Assembly (NCBI RefSeq): GCF_009914755.1 | Contig: NC_060933.1 | Origin: the human T2T-CHM13v2.0 reference genome, Homo sapiens | DNA length: 64,000 bases | Direction: 5' to 3' (one strand) | Program-made: the position numbers and the translations under genes | Notes under the pieces: model-generated | Told to the model about the DNA's origin: nothing | The model's input: the letters and a program-made list of their open reading frames with translations, nothing else | The model's database searches: none | In this document: piece by piece, positions 15,006 to 28,730 of the stretch | How the letters are laid out: each line of letters opens with the position of its first letter | Numbering within the stretch: position 1 is the first letter of the stretch

Positions 15006-15414
15006 TGATAGAAGTGGGGGGAAGAAAAAATGAGAAAATTTAAGGAGAAAGTATAAAATTCAGTGCTTCCACAAGTTTCAATAAATAAAGATCATCTTGC
15101 TGCAGACAGTCAGTCCACCACTAAAACATCTCTAGATCTGCATTTTGATAGAATTGCTGGATAATTCTGATAGTTGCTCATCATTCAGGACTTACTCCAC
15201 AAGACATGATTTTAAATGATTAAGTGCTTTGCCCAATGTCTCATAGATGGTAAGTGGCTGAGGTGCAATTCAGCTCTAGAGTCATATTCATAACTACTAC
15301 ACTCTAGCAGCTTGTCTGAGACAGATGGTTTTGCACCACACTTTGGGAAACATCAAGATAAATGACTACAGAATGTGGAGGCTCAGAGACTATGTCTGCT
15401 ATCAGGAGTGTGGT

Positions 15415-15458
15415 ACCAGGCAGAACCTTTCTAAATCACCAGGCAGAACCTTTCTAAA
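15415..15458. repeat. perfect 21-bp direct duplication (period 23)
   Basis: accaggcagaacctttctaaa-tc-accaggcagaacctttctaaa. Confidence 0.95.
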
Positions 15459-16716
15459 ATTTACAAAATAGTTAGATGTAATCAATGAAGCCAAAAACAT
15501 AAATTAATACCAGACACACCATGCCCAATAAATATTTGTTGAATAAATATGTTTTTATGAAACCAACAGCAAGTTTTTCATCTTAGATAAAATGTTCATT
15601 TAGCCACAGAATCTTTGAAGCTCAGAATTAGAATAAAGTCACTACGACCAATCCCTAGTTCCCTGTGAATTCCACAGTTTCTTGCACAATATTTCAGGCC
15701 TGTGGTCAGCCAGTTAAAGAAACTGTAGTCTCTGGCTTGTAGTTAGGAAATAAGAGAAAAGACCAAAAACCTGACCTATAGAGAACTAAGAGAGCTTAAA
15801 ACGCCAGAACCAAATAGACTCCTGATTCTAGGCAGGTATTTGATGGGTCAGAGAGAGAGAAATAAATACTGCAGTAATGATGGCTACAATCTCAGAAGTG
15901 ATTCTCCAGCAGCAAAAAGATGTTTGTGGACATATGGGGCCAGTATGAACCTATTGATTTCTCTCATAATCTCTTTTTATTGCTCATCTTTTCCTGTTAG
16001 CTCATGCAGCCAGTGTCTCAGGGACTGCAGTTCCTCCTGGGCCTGCCAGCCTGATCGTTGTTGAGGAACCACGAAATATGAAGGTCCACGTCCCCTTTAA
16101 TTGAACAAGTCCCAGTTAATAATGCACTAGAGATCCTGAGAGTTGGGGAATGCAGGAAGGAAGAGAGAAAGGCAAAATGAGAGAGAGAGAAAAAAGAAAG
16201 AATCCACAAATGTCTTCCTCATTAAGAAAGGGAAAAAGAAACTGAAAAAAAAAAAAGTCACTGTAACAAATTCAGTCCAGACAACATTGGTAATAGATAA
16301 GACTTAGGAGACTACTCTTCATTTGGCTAGCAAATAAGCTTTTCTACTCTTCTGAGATAGAGATTCTCTGATCTCAGGGATTGCTGGAGAGATTGCTAAT
16401 ATTTACAGTCTACTTGATGTCCACTTGGTAGAAAAAGCAGTCTTATACTATAGTCATTAAGTTACAGAATTTGTTGCTAGATTTCTTATGAAATCCAGTC
16501 ACCTCCCTTTCAGTCCAGAACTTCTTTTGCTATGCCACACTAAGGTACTGATTTAAGATCAGTCCATACAATAAAAGAGCCATAATCTCCAGAGAATCTT
16601 TCTTGAGAGTTAAGCTTATTCCCAGCTTAAAATAAACAGAGAAATGTCAATCATAATTTATGATGGAAATATCAGATAGTTAAGTGGCATATAATGCCCC
16701 TTGTTAAAAATAAATA

Positions 16717-16830
16717 GGGCACAGCGGTGCAGGCCTGTAATCCCAGCTACTCAAGGATTGCTTGAGCCCAGGAGTTCAAGGCCATCCTGGGCAACAACGC
16801 AAGACCCTGTTCCTAAAAAAATAAAATAAA
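16717..16830 (+). mobile_element. FLAM/Alu monomer with a small internal deletion
   Basis: gcctgtaatcccagctactc^aaggattgcttgagcccaggagttcaaggcc, A-rich tail, approximate TSD aaaaataaatag/aaaaatgaataag. Confidence 0.85.
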
Positions 16831-16864
16831 AATGAATAAGCCAAAAGCAGTATTTATAAAATGT

Positions 16865-17370
16865 ATTTATTCAGCTATTTAACAAATAGTGCACATTTAT
16901 TCATTACATATATAAAAGAAGTGTTCTGGATGTGCAGAATTCAGTGATGACTAAAGTGAGCACATTTCCTGCCATTAATTAGTCAGCATTTAATCTAGCC
17001 AGGTAGAGAGTTTATGCAGACACATACAATACCAGGGCATAAGTGTTATGAAAGAGCAAGAATATCAAGTTTGTGGACCACAGAAAGGAATATCTCAGCC
17101 AAACATGGAGACAATTAAGGTTTTCTGGGGGCAGTGTTTCCTAAGTTATAACCATGAGTTAGTCAGACAAAGAGTGTGGAAAAGCATTCAAAGCAGAAGG
17201 AACAACATAAACACAGACTATGGCATATTTAAGAAAGTACAAAATAAGACCAAATCATTCAAGTTGTAGTATATGATACTATGATAAAAACTTTGAGAGA
17301 AGTAGAGTAGTAGCCAGAGATGAGAACATGGAATTCCTTACAAGTCCTATACAGTATCATCTTTATAACA
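16865..17370 (-). mobile_element. L2 fragment
   Basis: tattcagctatttaacaaata...gaaaagcattcaaagcagaaggaacaacataaacacagac. Confidence 0.6.
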
Positions 17371-17634
17371 ACAGAATTAAAGGACTCTTGCAGATTATTA
17401 GAGCTTAATTTTTGTATTGTGTGACACTCCCCCAAGTTGCTCAATGTTTCAGAACTTTTAGTTACTGTTTTGCATTCTGATTTGAACTCCTTCACTGAAA
17501 TTTCTTCCTCTGTGTTTTAGGTTATCACAGAACGCACAAAACTGACATACTTCTTTATTCATACCTTAACATCTTCTATAAATCTGACTCCACTTTATTT
17601 CCCTGGTGGAACTTCTGTTATTCTTTCCCTGAGA

Positions 17635-18010
17635 AGTCAGGATGTGTTACCTTCCTGCCAATGTTGTATGACAATATGCTTGGAGGACTGCCAAAAACGG
17701 AAGCTCACTAAGACTCCTTGTTCAGAATTTTGACTGGGACTGCATGATGTAGATAGGATTGACTGATTGATTGCCCATGTGGTTGATCTCAGTCTACAGG
17801 TTGACTGATAGTGCATGATCCAAAGCCCTCACCTCAGGTAACATTATTGGTTTTCCTGGCATGACTAGCCCCAGCCCTAAATTCTGGCCAGGCCTCACCC
17901 TAAATCGTATTGTTAGACCATTTAGTGTAACCCACAGCCACCATGCAAAGAAAGAAACTCTTTTTAGGCATGGCATTCTTAGAGATTACCTTCCAGAAGC
18001 TCAAGTTAAA
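17635..18010 (-). mobile_element. MER21C/MER77-like LTR fragment
   Basis: ccctaaatcgtattgttagacc...gaaactctttttaggcatggcattcttagagattaccttccagaagc. Confidence 0.6.
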
Positions 18011-18175
18011 GTGCTTCCTAAACATTCGACTTACCTTTATCTGTGAGAATGCCTCAGGACTGTTTCCCTCTTGAATGTGCAACTCTACCTATTTTGAATG
18101 GCAAACGCCCAGTTACAGAGTCTTCAACTGCGCCGGAAGGACAGCTAAAATACTGCCTGAAAGAACAATGGCCAA

Positions 18176-18493
<318 letters not shown>

Positions 18494-19139
18494 TTAAGAA
18501 AGAACAATAAAATAGGGTAGATTTTGCCAATTCATAACATTTGGGAATTTGTAGAAGGAATAAATTTTGGTATGGTCCAGCAAAGAGGTAAAGATAGATT
18601 TGTTCGTTCATTAATTTATTCAGGAGATATTTAAAGGATAAATATTTTGTGACAGCAAACTACCCTAGGTGCTGCGATTTTGGCTACAAACAAGATAAAC
18701 TTACATATAGATTCTATTCTAGAGGAGAAATACAGTCTAAGATTTAAATTGTCATCTAGGATGAAGTAAAAGTGTTTTAGTATTGTAGGGAGGTATTCTA
18801 GTGCCTAGTATACATTTCCTCTCCATCTGCAACCTATTCTACTTATTAAGGGAAGGACACAATCAAGTAATTTTATTGAATGTTAAATAATGTGATAGTT
18901 GACTATATTTAATAATGGTTTTATGTAATAAATTGAAGCCAAAGGAAGTTAATGATTTATCCAAGGACACCAAATAAAGTTGTAAAACTTGTCTTATGCC
19001 TCAGCCTTTGTCTCTATTCTTCAAGTTTCAGAGGCAAAAATCAGTTTTATAAGTCAATGTCTTTACCATTTCTTTATCTCTTAAATTTTATGGAGTCTGA
19101 GAGTACAGTAGAGTTCTTACCTTTTAATTTTTCTGTTTT

Positions 19140-19765
19140 TTAAGCTTTGTATTTTTGAAAAACTTTCAGACTTATAAAAACATTGCAAAACTGGTGAAAA
19201 GAATTCCAGTATGCCCTTTACCCAGATTCCAGAAATGTTAATGTATAACCATAGTACAATTATTAAAATAAGAAATTAACATTGATAACATATGAGTATC
19301 TAAAGACTTTATTAAATTCCCCTACTTGTTCCACTGATGTCATCTTCTGTTTCACAACCCAATCCTGAATGATATATTTCGTCCTCATGTGTCCTTTAAG
19401 TGTCCTTTAATCTGTGACAGTTCATTAGCTTCTTTGTTTGTCTTTTAGGACCTTGACATTTTTTGGAGAATATTAGCCAGTTATTTTGTCAAATATAGCT
19501 CAGTTTGGGTTGGGCAAATATTTCCTATGATGAAAAATTTAGATTACACCTTTTTGGCAAGGATGCCATAAAAATGATGCTGTGTTCTTATTGCATCTTT
19601 TCCCTGTCTCATCTGTACCATTTACTGATTTGTTCATAACTGATGATATTAACTTTGATCACTTGGTTAGGAAAGGGTCTGCCAGTTTTGTCTGCTGTCA
19701 AGTGACTGTATGTCCTTCATAAATTAGTAAGTATCTTGTGAGGAAATACTCTGAGCTTATGTGAA
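19140..19765 (-). mobile_element. L1MC/ME 3'-end fragment
   Basis: tttcagacttataaaaacattgcaaaa...gaattccagtatgccctttacccagattcc...aactttgatcacttggttagg. Confidence 0.75.
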
Positions 19766-19884
19766 CAGAGTTCTGACTTTGGAAGGGTGAATAACAAAGC
19801 ATTTCTTTGGTATAATGTAATAGAATACTCACTGGACTTGACTTCAGTTTCTTCACTTACTCACTTGGAGGTTTGAACTCAAAT

Positions 19885-20055
19885 GATGTTTTCTAAATGC
19901 AAACTAGAGGTCTTGCTGTATCAGCATCACCTTAGTAAAAAATGTATATTCCTGGACCCCATTCCAGATTTTATTCATAACCTCTGCCAATGCTGGGCCT
20001 TTAGAAGCAATGTTTAAGCACAGTCTACATACAATTTGAAAGTTTTGGAGAAGTC
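19885..20055. mobile_element. MER5-like hAT-Charlie MITE
   Basis: atcagcatcacct...aaaatgtatattcctggaccccattccaga. Confidence 0.55.
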
Positions 20056-20984
20056 CCACACCGCATGGTCTCTGTGATCTCATTCACCTCTGAAAATCTC
20101 TGCCATTCTGAGTTCTTCTGCCAGGAATTCCATGGCAGAAGGTAGATGGTAGAGAAGAAATACTTCTGAGAGAACTTTTCATGTTGTTTGCTTAGATATA
20201 TGGTGTCACAGGTACAACCAGTACCAACTGCAAGTGAGAAAGGGAGATGGATACAGCAGGAACTTTATCAGACTTTATCTGCTGCTCTGTTTTGTGACAG
20301 CTCATCTCTCACACAGACTGTTTTTGTGAACATTTTACTCCCAGATATATGAAGTAGAGATATTATTCAATGATCGTCAGCAGTGAAAAATGCATGGAAA
20401 GTTAAAGAAAGGAGTTTTTCTCTCTGTGACAGTGCATAAGGCACTATTCCCTTTATCAGAGCATCTGGGCTCTAATGAATGGATCCCATGATGCCTGTAG
20501 GTCACCTGCACAGGCAGCATAACAAGCCCCACAGCTCAGTTAGTGGGTACCTGGGCCTTTGGGCATGCCGCTGAGTCCATATGCCTCCTTTCCTGGATAA
20601 GTCTATGACTCCCTCTTTCCTTGCAGGCCATGAGTTTGTTAGTCTAAAGGGAGAGGAGAAACAGCCTTAGGAGCTGCCAAAATGATGCAGTGAAAAGGTT
20701 TCGGTGCTAAACTGAAAGAGATCAGCTTTCTCTTCCAGAACATCAACTGAGCTTGTATCCTCAGGCTGACTGTCTCTTCACGATGCCTTTTCAAATCAAC
20801 CAAACTTTCTCCTCGTTTGAACCTAAGAAAAAAATTCCAAAAGTTCACAAAAATAAATAACGAGTTACCTCAAAGAGATAAGACTGCTGGTAATGTTTAG
20901 TTTTTTGTTTGTTTGTTTATCAGCATATTCTAAGTAGTATATATTTAGCATGCATTTTTTAAACTATATTTTTCTGAAGCTGGT

Positions 20985-22030
20985 ACCATTGTGGGAGTGT
21001 GGATTAGTGTAGATTCCTTAACTTCTTGCAGGACAATTTTAAAATATTCGTAACAATTAAAATACAGACACTTTTTTGTTATCTCAATTCTTCTTCAAGA
21101 GTACATTTTAAAGAAATCTCAGAAGTGTACAAAGATCCACGTGCAAGAATTTTCATGGAGATATTTACAAAGCAAAACTGGAAATTGCCTAAATGTCCAT
21201 CAATAGCCCAGTCATTAAAAAATATATGGCTCTTTGATATGGATTGGATCTTGTCCCTGCCTAAATTTCATGTTGAATTATAATCCCCAGTGTTGGAGGT
21301 GGGGCATGCTGGGAGGTGATTGCATCATGGGGGCAGATTTCCTCCTATTGTTTAAAAGTGTGTGGCACCTGCCCCCGCCCCTTCCTTCTGCCCTGGACAT
21401 GTAAGATGTTCCTGCTTCCCCTTCATCTTCTGCCATGAGTGTAAGTTTCCTGAGGCCTCCCCAGAATCTGAGCAGATGCTGCCCTGCTTCCTGTGCAGCT
21501 GCAGAACCACAAGCCAATTAAAACTCTTTTCTTTATAAATTACACTGTTTCAGGTATTTCTTTATAGCAATGCCATATGGCCAAGCACTCTATAGCTATT
21601 AAAAAAATAGTAGATTCATATAGGCTGAATGAAGAGATTGCCGAGCTGTTTCATTAAATGAAAAAGCAAGGTGCACAAGAGAACTCCTAAAATTCTGTTT
21701 TGTTCTGTTTTATGGTCTTTGTGCAGCTAGTTACATCTGAGAGTTCAGTTTATAAAAAGTCAATGAATTATACACTTAAATATACACGTTGTTTTTTGGA
21801 AGCACATGATTCTGTGACAAAAATGTTTAATCAATGTAGAGAATATTATATATAATGTCATTTGTGATTTTAAAACAGAAAATGTTTATATTAAACGCTC
21901 TGATATTTGTACAAATTCTAGGATACATAAGACATTATAAACAAGGATGAACTCTAAAATGGAGAAAGGAAGTTAGAACATGTAGACATTTAATTCTTGT
22001 TTTTGTGTGTGTTTTATTTATAAATTAAAA
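20985..22030 (+). mobile_element. L1ME 3' region interrupted by an MST LTR
   Basis: caaaactggaaattgcctaaatgtccatcaatag; continues after the LTR with tatagctattaaaaaaa...aaatgaaaaagcaag. Confidence 0.65.
21235..21587 (+). mobile_element. MSTA/B MaLR solo LTR
   Basis: TG...CA ends; tgatatggattggatc...aattaaaactcttttctttataaattac; 5-bp TSD ctctt/ctcta. Confidence 0.9.
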
Positions 22031-23001
22031 AAAGGAGTAGTTAAAATTATTTAAAATATTGACACACATTCCTTGGAAAGGCAAAATAACTGCTCAGTCT
22101 TCATCACTCAAAGTCAACTATAAAGCTCAATGGTGGTTTTTCTTTCCAGGATCTATGCTCCCAGCTTCTAGAATTTATCATAATATATCTGCAATGCTCT
22201 CCTCTCTTTTCTTGGCCTACCAGACCCTCTCTCCATACCTTTAGGGCTAAGTCTAAGTGGGCGAGCATCTGTTAAACAGCTGCTACTTCCAAATTGAGAT
22301 AGAGCCATGTTGCAAGCAAGAGGCCATAACAAGCATCATTCTAAGTGGCAAATGCCTTGGCAGGGTCCAATGCTCTGGGGCCCATCTGAAAGGAAGAATC
22401 ATTAATGTTAATCTAACTGAGTTCAGGGTGGGAGGAAGTGGAGCTGTGTTTTCTGAAGAAAACCGCTTGAGTTAAGGGGTGGTTTTATTTGACAGAGACA
22501 ATGAGGAATCACTTGCTTGTGCTTAATGGAGACACAATTATTTATAATTGATACATGAATTTTAACTTTTTTTTTCTTTTTTTTTTTTTTCTGGGGCAGA
22601 GGAGCCATAAAGAAGTATGAGGGATTCAGGTCACTGAGATTCACATGGCCCAATCTCTGCATATCAGAAGCTAGGAATTTGTTTTAACAAACTCTCTAGG
22701 TGATTTTTATGTGTACTTAAGAGAAACAGTGTGCCTAGACTAAAATGTTAGGGCACATTATTGTTACTGTAGCTGTAAGGTAGGAAGGAAAGGAGTTGAC
22801 GTCTGTTTCTGTATTACTAGGGGAAAATCTCTTCTCCTTCCTAAAAGGTCTTCCTGGGCTTTTTTTCCCAGGTAACATCAGCCTTAATTTTTTTTCCCTT
22901 TTATATGCTGTTAGAGAGAGTGGAGGCAGGGTGGTATGAGCAGGAAAAGTGGTAATTACAGTTTTCTAAAGTTTTTGAGGTATTTAAACCTCTACAAGGT
23001 T

Positions 23002-23725
23002 TGTCAACTAAATATCAGGGGGCTTATAAATTTGGAAGGGAAAGACTTATTTTTCATAAAGCATTTCAGCCTGCAGGCTGGGCATCCCACATTCTGGGAA
23101 GCATAGCCTCCAGCCAGAAGCCAAGAGCAAGAACTTCCAGGGAGGAAAGCAGAAGATAGAAATTTATGCTAAATGGGGAGACCAAATATACATATTTATC
23201 AAGCTATAGGAAAAGTCAAAATGTTTATAAAAGGAGAAACATGCACATGCACAATTGAGCTTAATGCCTCTCCATGAGTTGCACGTTCAAAAAAATGGTG
23301 GCATTAGTGTAATTTGAGGGTGGGATTTTTGGCCCATTGACATCAAAAGGTAAAGCATGGGACCCAGAAACCCTCACTGCACAGCCTCTGTAGACTGGCC
23401 AGAACCACTCAGTGATCCATGGTCTCTTATAAGAAAGGAATGAGCTATGAAACTGGTGAGTTGTCAAGTTAACCTGCAAAGCAGGAGGGGGAGTCTGGTT
23501 GCAGTCTCCAGTGACTGGCCAAAGTTGATAAAGGTATGAATCATCTGTTTCTTGTCTTCTAGGGCTGTTTTCTGCTTACTCCTTAGGAGAGAATTCTGGC
23601 TAAAGGTTAATAATGGAGGGGCATCCTGAGGCATGTCTCACTTCCCATCCTGTCATGACCAGGAATTCAATTTTAAGGTTTATCTGGGTCCTCTTGGCCA
23701 AGAAAGGGTCCACTCAGTTTGGAGA
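23002..23725 (-). mobile_element. ERV1 MER4-group solo LTR (MER66-like)
   Basis: tgtcaactaaa...ctgggaagcatagcctccagccagaagcc...ttggccaagaaagggtccactcagtt. Confidence 0.7.
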
Positions 23726-24100
23726 TTTAACTGTGAATAAGGTAGAAGATATACCTATTTTCTGGGAGGATGTAGACTGGTGAGGAGAAAATGAAGAATA
23801 AATAAGCAAATTCAATGCAGTGAATTTAGTGGAATGATTGAGAAAACTTTCCAGAGTGGTTGGGAAAGCATTTGGGAGTCAAAGTGAAAACAGAAGAGAT
23901 GGTGGTCAAAGAAGCTTGAAGAAAAAGAAGGGTACCAATGCAAATAATTTTAAATAGATCTATTGGCTGGAGCAGAGAGGAAGGGGTGGGAGTGGGAGTG
24001 GCTTGATCTGAGACCTAAGAGACAACCAGAGTTTGGAAGGAGGAGATAAAAGTAATCAAGAAAGCAGTCACTTCCCCAGAGACAGATATACTTGAGATGG

Positions 24101-24466
24101 CGTATTAGTCCATTTTCATGCTACTGATGAAGACATACCTGAGACTGGGCAATTTACAAAAGAGAGAGGTTTAATGGACCCACAGTTCCACATGGCTGGG
24201 GACGCTGCCTCACAATCATGGCAGAAGGTGAAAGGCACGGTCTCACATGGAGGCAGACAAGAGAAGAGTGAAAGCCAAGTGAAAGGAGTTTCCTCTTATA
24301 AAACCATCAGATTTCATGAGACTTATTCACTACCACGAGAACAGCTTGTGTTAAACTGCTGCCATGATTCCATTATCTCTCACGGGTTCCCTCCCACAAC
24401 ACGTGGGAATTATGGGAGATACAATTCAAGATGACATTTGGGTGGGGACACAGCCAAACCATATCA
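24101..24466 (-). mobile_element. THE1B-like MaLR solo LTR
   Basis: gtattagtccattttcatgctactgat...gggtggggacacagccaaaccatatca; TSD gatgg/gatga. Confidence 0.92.
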
Positions 24467-24718
24467 GATGAGTAGGGGAGAATGCTACTCTCTTCTCCCT
24501 CTCCCTCCATCTCAAGCTAGGATTTATGAAATGTGCTCATTAACAAAATTTCTGGTTTGAAGTATTTCCTGCTAACAGAAGAAATGCATCTGTAAGAAAT
24601 TCAGTGAATTTCAAACTCCAATCTCACACAGCACTATTTCATAATTTGCTCTTCCCCATGCCTATGTGGGGACTCCTAGGACAATTTTGCTTAGTAGGTA
24701 CAAATATGATCTTTAGAG

Positions 24719-25121
24719 TGTTAAAAGAAATACTTCAGACAAATTGAATTCAACAGTTTAACTGAGCAAAGAAGGAACTGAGCAGCCCCCAGTTCAGAAG
24801 GACTCCAGGGCTTCCAAGTGATCAGATAACATATGGACAGAAAAAAGGAAACTGATGCATAGAAAATGGAAGTGAGGTGCAGAAACAGCTAGAGGGCTAT
24901 AGCTTGGCTTTGCATTATTTGAACACGGTTTGAACAGTTGGTCACCTGTGATTGGCCAACATCAACCAAGCTGTGATTGGCTGAGACTCAGCTACTTGTT
25001 ACAAGAGTAGGTTAGTCTGTTTACACATCCAGTTAGGCTATGGTTCATTAGGTATGGCATAACTTTTAGGCTGAGCTTAAGATGTGTAAGGAGGCAGCTG
25101 TAAGCTAATCTCAATTTAACA
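24719..25121 (-). mobile_element. ERV1 solo LTR (MER57/MER93-like)
   Basis: tgttaaaagaaatacttcagacaaattg...gtgattggc x2...ctcaatttaaca. Confidence 0.8.
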
Positions 25122-25127
25122 GGTGTT

Positions 25128-25345
25128 AGCCAGACAGAGCTATGTAACCTCAAATGCCTATGCTGCCTCTTATTTCCCATGTGTCCTTGGTCAAGGTCAT
25201 TAAAGTTCTCTGACCTCCCAAACCCTTATCTATATACTGCAAATAATAAAACCTATCTCCAAAACTGTTGCAAAGATTAAATAAGATAATGTATTCTTGG
25301 CACAGGGCCTGGGTATATATAGTAAGCCCTCAAGGGTTCTAATTA
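25128..25345 (+). mobile_element. MIR
   Basis: gtgtccttggtcaaggtcattaa...gttgcaaagattaaataagataatgta...agtaagccctcaa. Confidence 0.7.
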
Positions 25346-25649
25346 AAACACTCCTTGTCCTTTTATTCATTCCATCGATCAGCAAGCACTTACTTTCTCC
25401 CTGCTCTGTAAAAGCAGTAAGATGATCTCTTCTCTTCACTCTTAGGAGCAATGGAGTAACTTGTATATATATATATAGATATAACCCAAGAAAGAACATG
25501 ATAAATTGTGATATATGAGGCAGAGACAATGTTTTAAGGAACTTAGGGATGAAAAGTTAACTATTGGCTGGTGAAATGGTTTTATAGCATAGAAATTATT
25601 TCAGTTGAACCTTGAAGGAGGTGATAAAGAGGAAAGGAGGCAGGTACGG

Positions 25650-25890
25650 GATAATAACATTCTATTGAGTGTTTATTAAGTACTAGGCACTGTTCTAGAC
25701 ACAATACTTGTATTAACTCATTACTCCATAAAAACTTTAGGAAGTGGGTACCATTATTGTGCCCTTTTATAGAGCAAGAAACAGAAGCAGAGAGAAGTCA
25801 AGTAACTTGCCTGAGTTTGTATAACTGTGAAGCAATGAAGCCAACGTTTGAGTTTAGGTAGAGGTTAAGGTCAGGCTCTTGACTGCTGGA
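25650..25890 (-). mobile_element. MIR
   Basis: attgagtgtttattaagtactaggcactgttcta...gaagtcaagtaacttgcctgag. Confidence 0.8.
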
Positions 25891-27353
25891 CTCATATTTA
25901 TGTTGCAATTAATTAATTTTATCACCATTTTATTCCATATTATATTATATGGGCATGGCTGGAAGACAAAGTGTTTGAAGGGGATTATTTAGAGAAATCA
26001 TCACAGAGAAGATTATAGAAATGTTGGAAGTACACAGGTGAGGAAAAAAAAGATTTCTGAGAAGAAACATTTTTAAATAATGACAATTCTGTGTGGTAGA
26101 AGTAAGTCCTCTGGTGCCCTTATTTCACTGCCTCACATTTTTATGAGCTGAAATATATTCCGCTCACACAAACCACTTCAACATATTTTGTTTTTAATCT
26201 TTCCAACATAGGAGAACAAATTTAACAATGAGATTCTGTTTCTGTTCTGTACATGTGGAATAATTAAATTTGCATCCCACTTTAGCATTGGATCTTCTAT
26301 TTGAAGAGAAATGTATCAATTGGACACATGCCCCATGATTTCTAGTCTGCAAATAAGGCATTTGGAGGCAGGGGGAGAAAGGCAATATCTTTTTCCTAAG
26401 CAATAATCACAGTAAAATCTTTACTTACTGACAGCTTGTTAGAGGCTGGATTAATTTCCATTTGAGAGAGGCCAGGAGGGCAGGAAAGTGAAAGGCAGAA
26501 GCTGGAAAAAGGCAGGGCATAATTATAGAAATTCCCATTGGACTTTGAAATAAAAAGTTTTGCAAGACAGCTCAACTGGCAAGTATCTGGAAAGAACCGT
26601 GATCAGAGAGCATCAGGAACTCCTCTCAGTCTTCAGCTTATTTCTAAGGTCTCAATAATCTCTTCTGTATGGATCCAAGGAACTGGGCCTGATGGAAGAT
26701 ACAAATGTTGTAGGATATAATCAATGCCTGTGTTGGGAGTGAGGAGATGAATTGGGGTTTAAATTTGAGTTTTGCTACTTTGTATATCTATTAGATCATG
26801 AGCAAGTTTCTTGCCATCTCTGAGATGCTTTCATTTTCTGTGAAATAGTGTGGGATAATTATTTCTGCCTCACATTGAAGACGCAAGGGTAAAACTCGAA
26901 GATAAATCAAGGCTCTCAATCACATATTAGGTACTTTAAAAATATTTTCCTACTTCCTTTCTCCTTTCAGCATCATTCCTCCACTTCTATTTCGTGACTG
27001 TACCACTTATTTTGTTTACTTCTAAGGTTAGGAGAGGTGGATAATAAATTGCTAGGGCATTGATCGGGTTAATTTCATTGGTAACTGAGGGTATTAAAAA
27101 ACAAGGCAAACGAACAGAAAACTCACCTGGCAATTGTCTCTAAGTATTCCCTTACTGACCTCAGTAATTTTTTTTTTCATTCTGGCTCTTTCTACGGCTT
27201 GAAGAAGTTAAATGAGTAAACTTTTTTTAAAGTAATTTTATTTCCTATTAGCTTGTTAGGCACATGAGGTAGGGACTATGTCTGACTTGTCATTATTTGT
27301 ATCACTGTTCCCTAGCTCAGAGCCTGGAATATATGTTCAGAAAGCATGGATAG

Positions 27354-27784
27354 TGACAAAGACACTATCCTTGAGCAAACTTGAATCAGGACCTGCTGAG
27401 TCTTCCATTTGACTAAGTCCAACCTCAGGTGCTGTCTTTGTCCTGCTTAGTCCTATATTAGCAATAGTCCTGCTCTGTCAGATTAGAGAAAGTCCCCCAT
27501 CCTTGGTATCTGATCAAATGCCTTATCCCCAGTCCTGGATATTGTATCACTCTGACCTGCCTTCAGTAAGGATACCTCTAGCCTTGATGTTTTCTTTTAG
27601 TAATTTTCTATCCACTGAATCCTCATCCTACTCCTTAGCTATAAATCTCAACTTGTTCTTATTGTATTTAGAGTTGAACTTAACTTTTGTCTTCTATTGC
27701 AAAACCCATATTACAGTAGTCTCTCTTGAAAACAATATTTCTTACTTTCTTTAACAAGTGTCATGAATAATTTTTTCTTTAACA
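27354..27784 (+). mobile_element. MER31-like ERV1 solo LTR inserted in an L2 3' end
   Basis: tgacaaagacactatccttgagcaaactt...gaataattttttctttaaca; L2 tail on both sides. Confidence 0.85.
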
Positions 27785-28209
27785 GTACCACGAACAAATG
27801 AATGACATGGATGAATAAATTAGTGGATGATTTTTTTTTTGTCCTTGTAGTCTTCTAAATCTAAGTTTTTTTTTTGACAAACACAGAGAGAAAAGAGTGA
27901 AGGATGTTTTCTTTGGGATAAAGTAAGAGTCAATTTTTATTGGGTCAATCAATGACAAATTTCATCCTTCCCCTCCTCAACTCAAATCCTGGAGATAAGA
28001 ATTGTTTTTTGAGTACAAGTAGATTAAATTTGTTAAATGGCTCCCACCATATTCAGCACTAGCTAGGTCAGTGCAATGCGGAAATAAAGATAACAACATT
28101 TTTACAATTGAAAGAGTTTTGTTGTTGTTGTTGTTTGTTTATGTTTGTTTTTCAAATGCAATGGTCTCAAGCATGTCATTGTCCTTGCCGTTTCTTCCCT
28201 CTTCTGACT

Positions 28210-28730
28210 GTGATGTGAAGAATGGATTGGAGAGACTTAAAAGTGGAAGCAGGGGGATCAATCAGAGACAATACTGTTAGAGACAATAGCTAGGGGATTT
28301 ATGATGGCGGCCTTGACTAGAGTGGGAGCAAGCAATTGAAAAGAAGATAAATGTGACATATATTTTTGAAGAAGAACTAAAAGAACCAGAAGAGCTTTTG
28401 GTGGTAGAGAATGAGAAAAAGATCAAAATTGACTTCCAAGTGTTTGATGTGAGCTACTAAAATAGATATGAATGCCATTTACTCAGATTGAAAATACTGG
28501 GGGAGACAAGGTCTTTTAAATGGAGAGGGTGTAGTGGATATATGCACCTCACTTTTGCCTTTTTTTCTTTCTGGAAATACTGTTTGTGATGCCCATCACA
28601 TCAAAAAGAAAATTTCTAGTTAGCAGTTCCCATTATTAATATGTAGTTCAAATGTAAGCTCTGGGCTGGAGATGAATTTGGGTTTCTTATGCATAAAGAT
28701 GGCATTTAAAGCCGTAAGATTGGATGACTC
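28210..28730 (-). mobile_element. L2 fragment
   Basis: gtgaagaatggattggagaga...ccttgactagagtgg...gctctgggctggagatgaatttggg. Confidence 0.7.

Noticed and set aside
14785-15458. Short direct repeats as a CRISPR-like array
   Set aside because: No unique spacers of regular length, no cas genes, and the DNA is primate.
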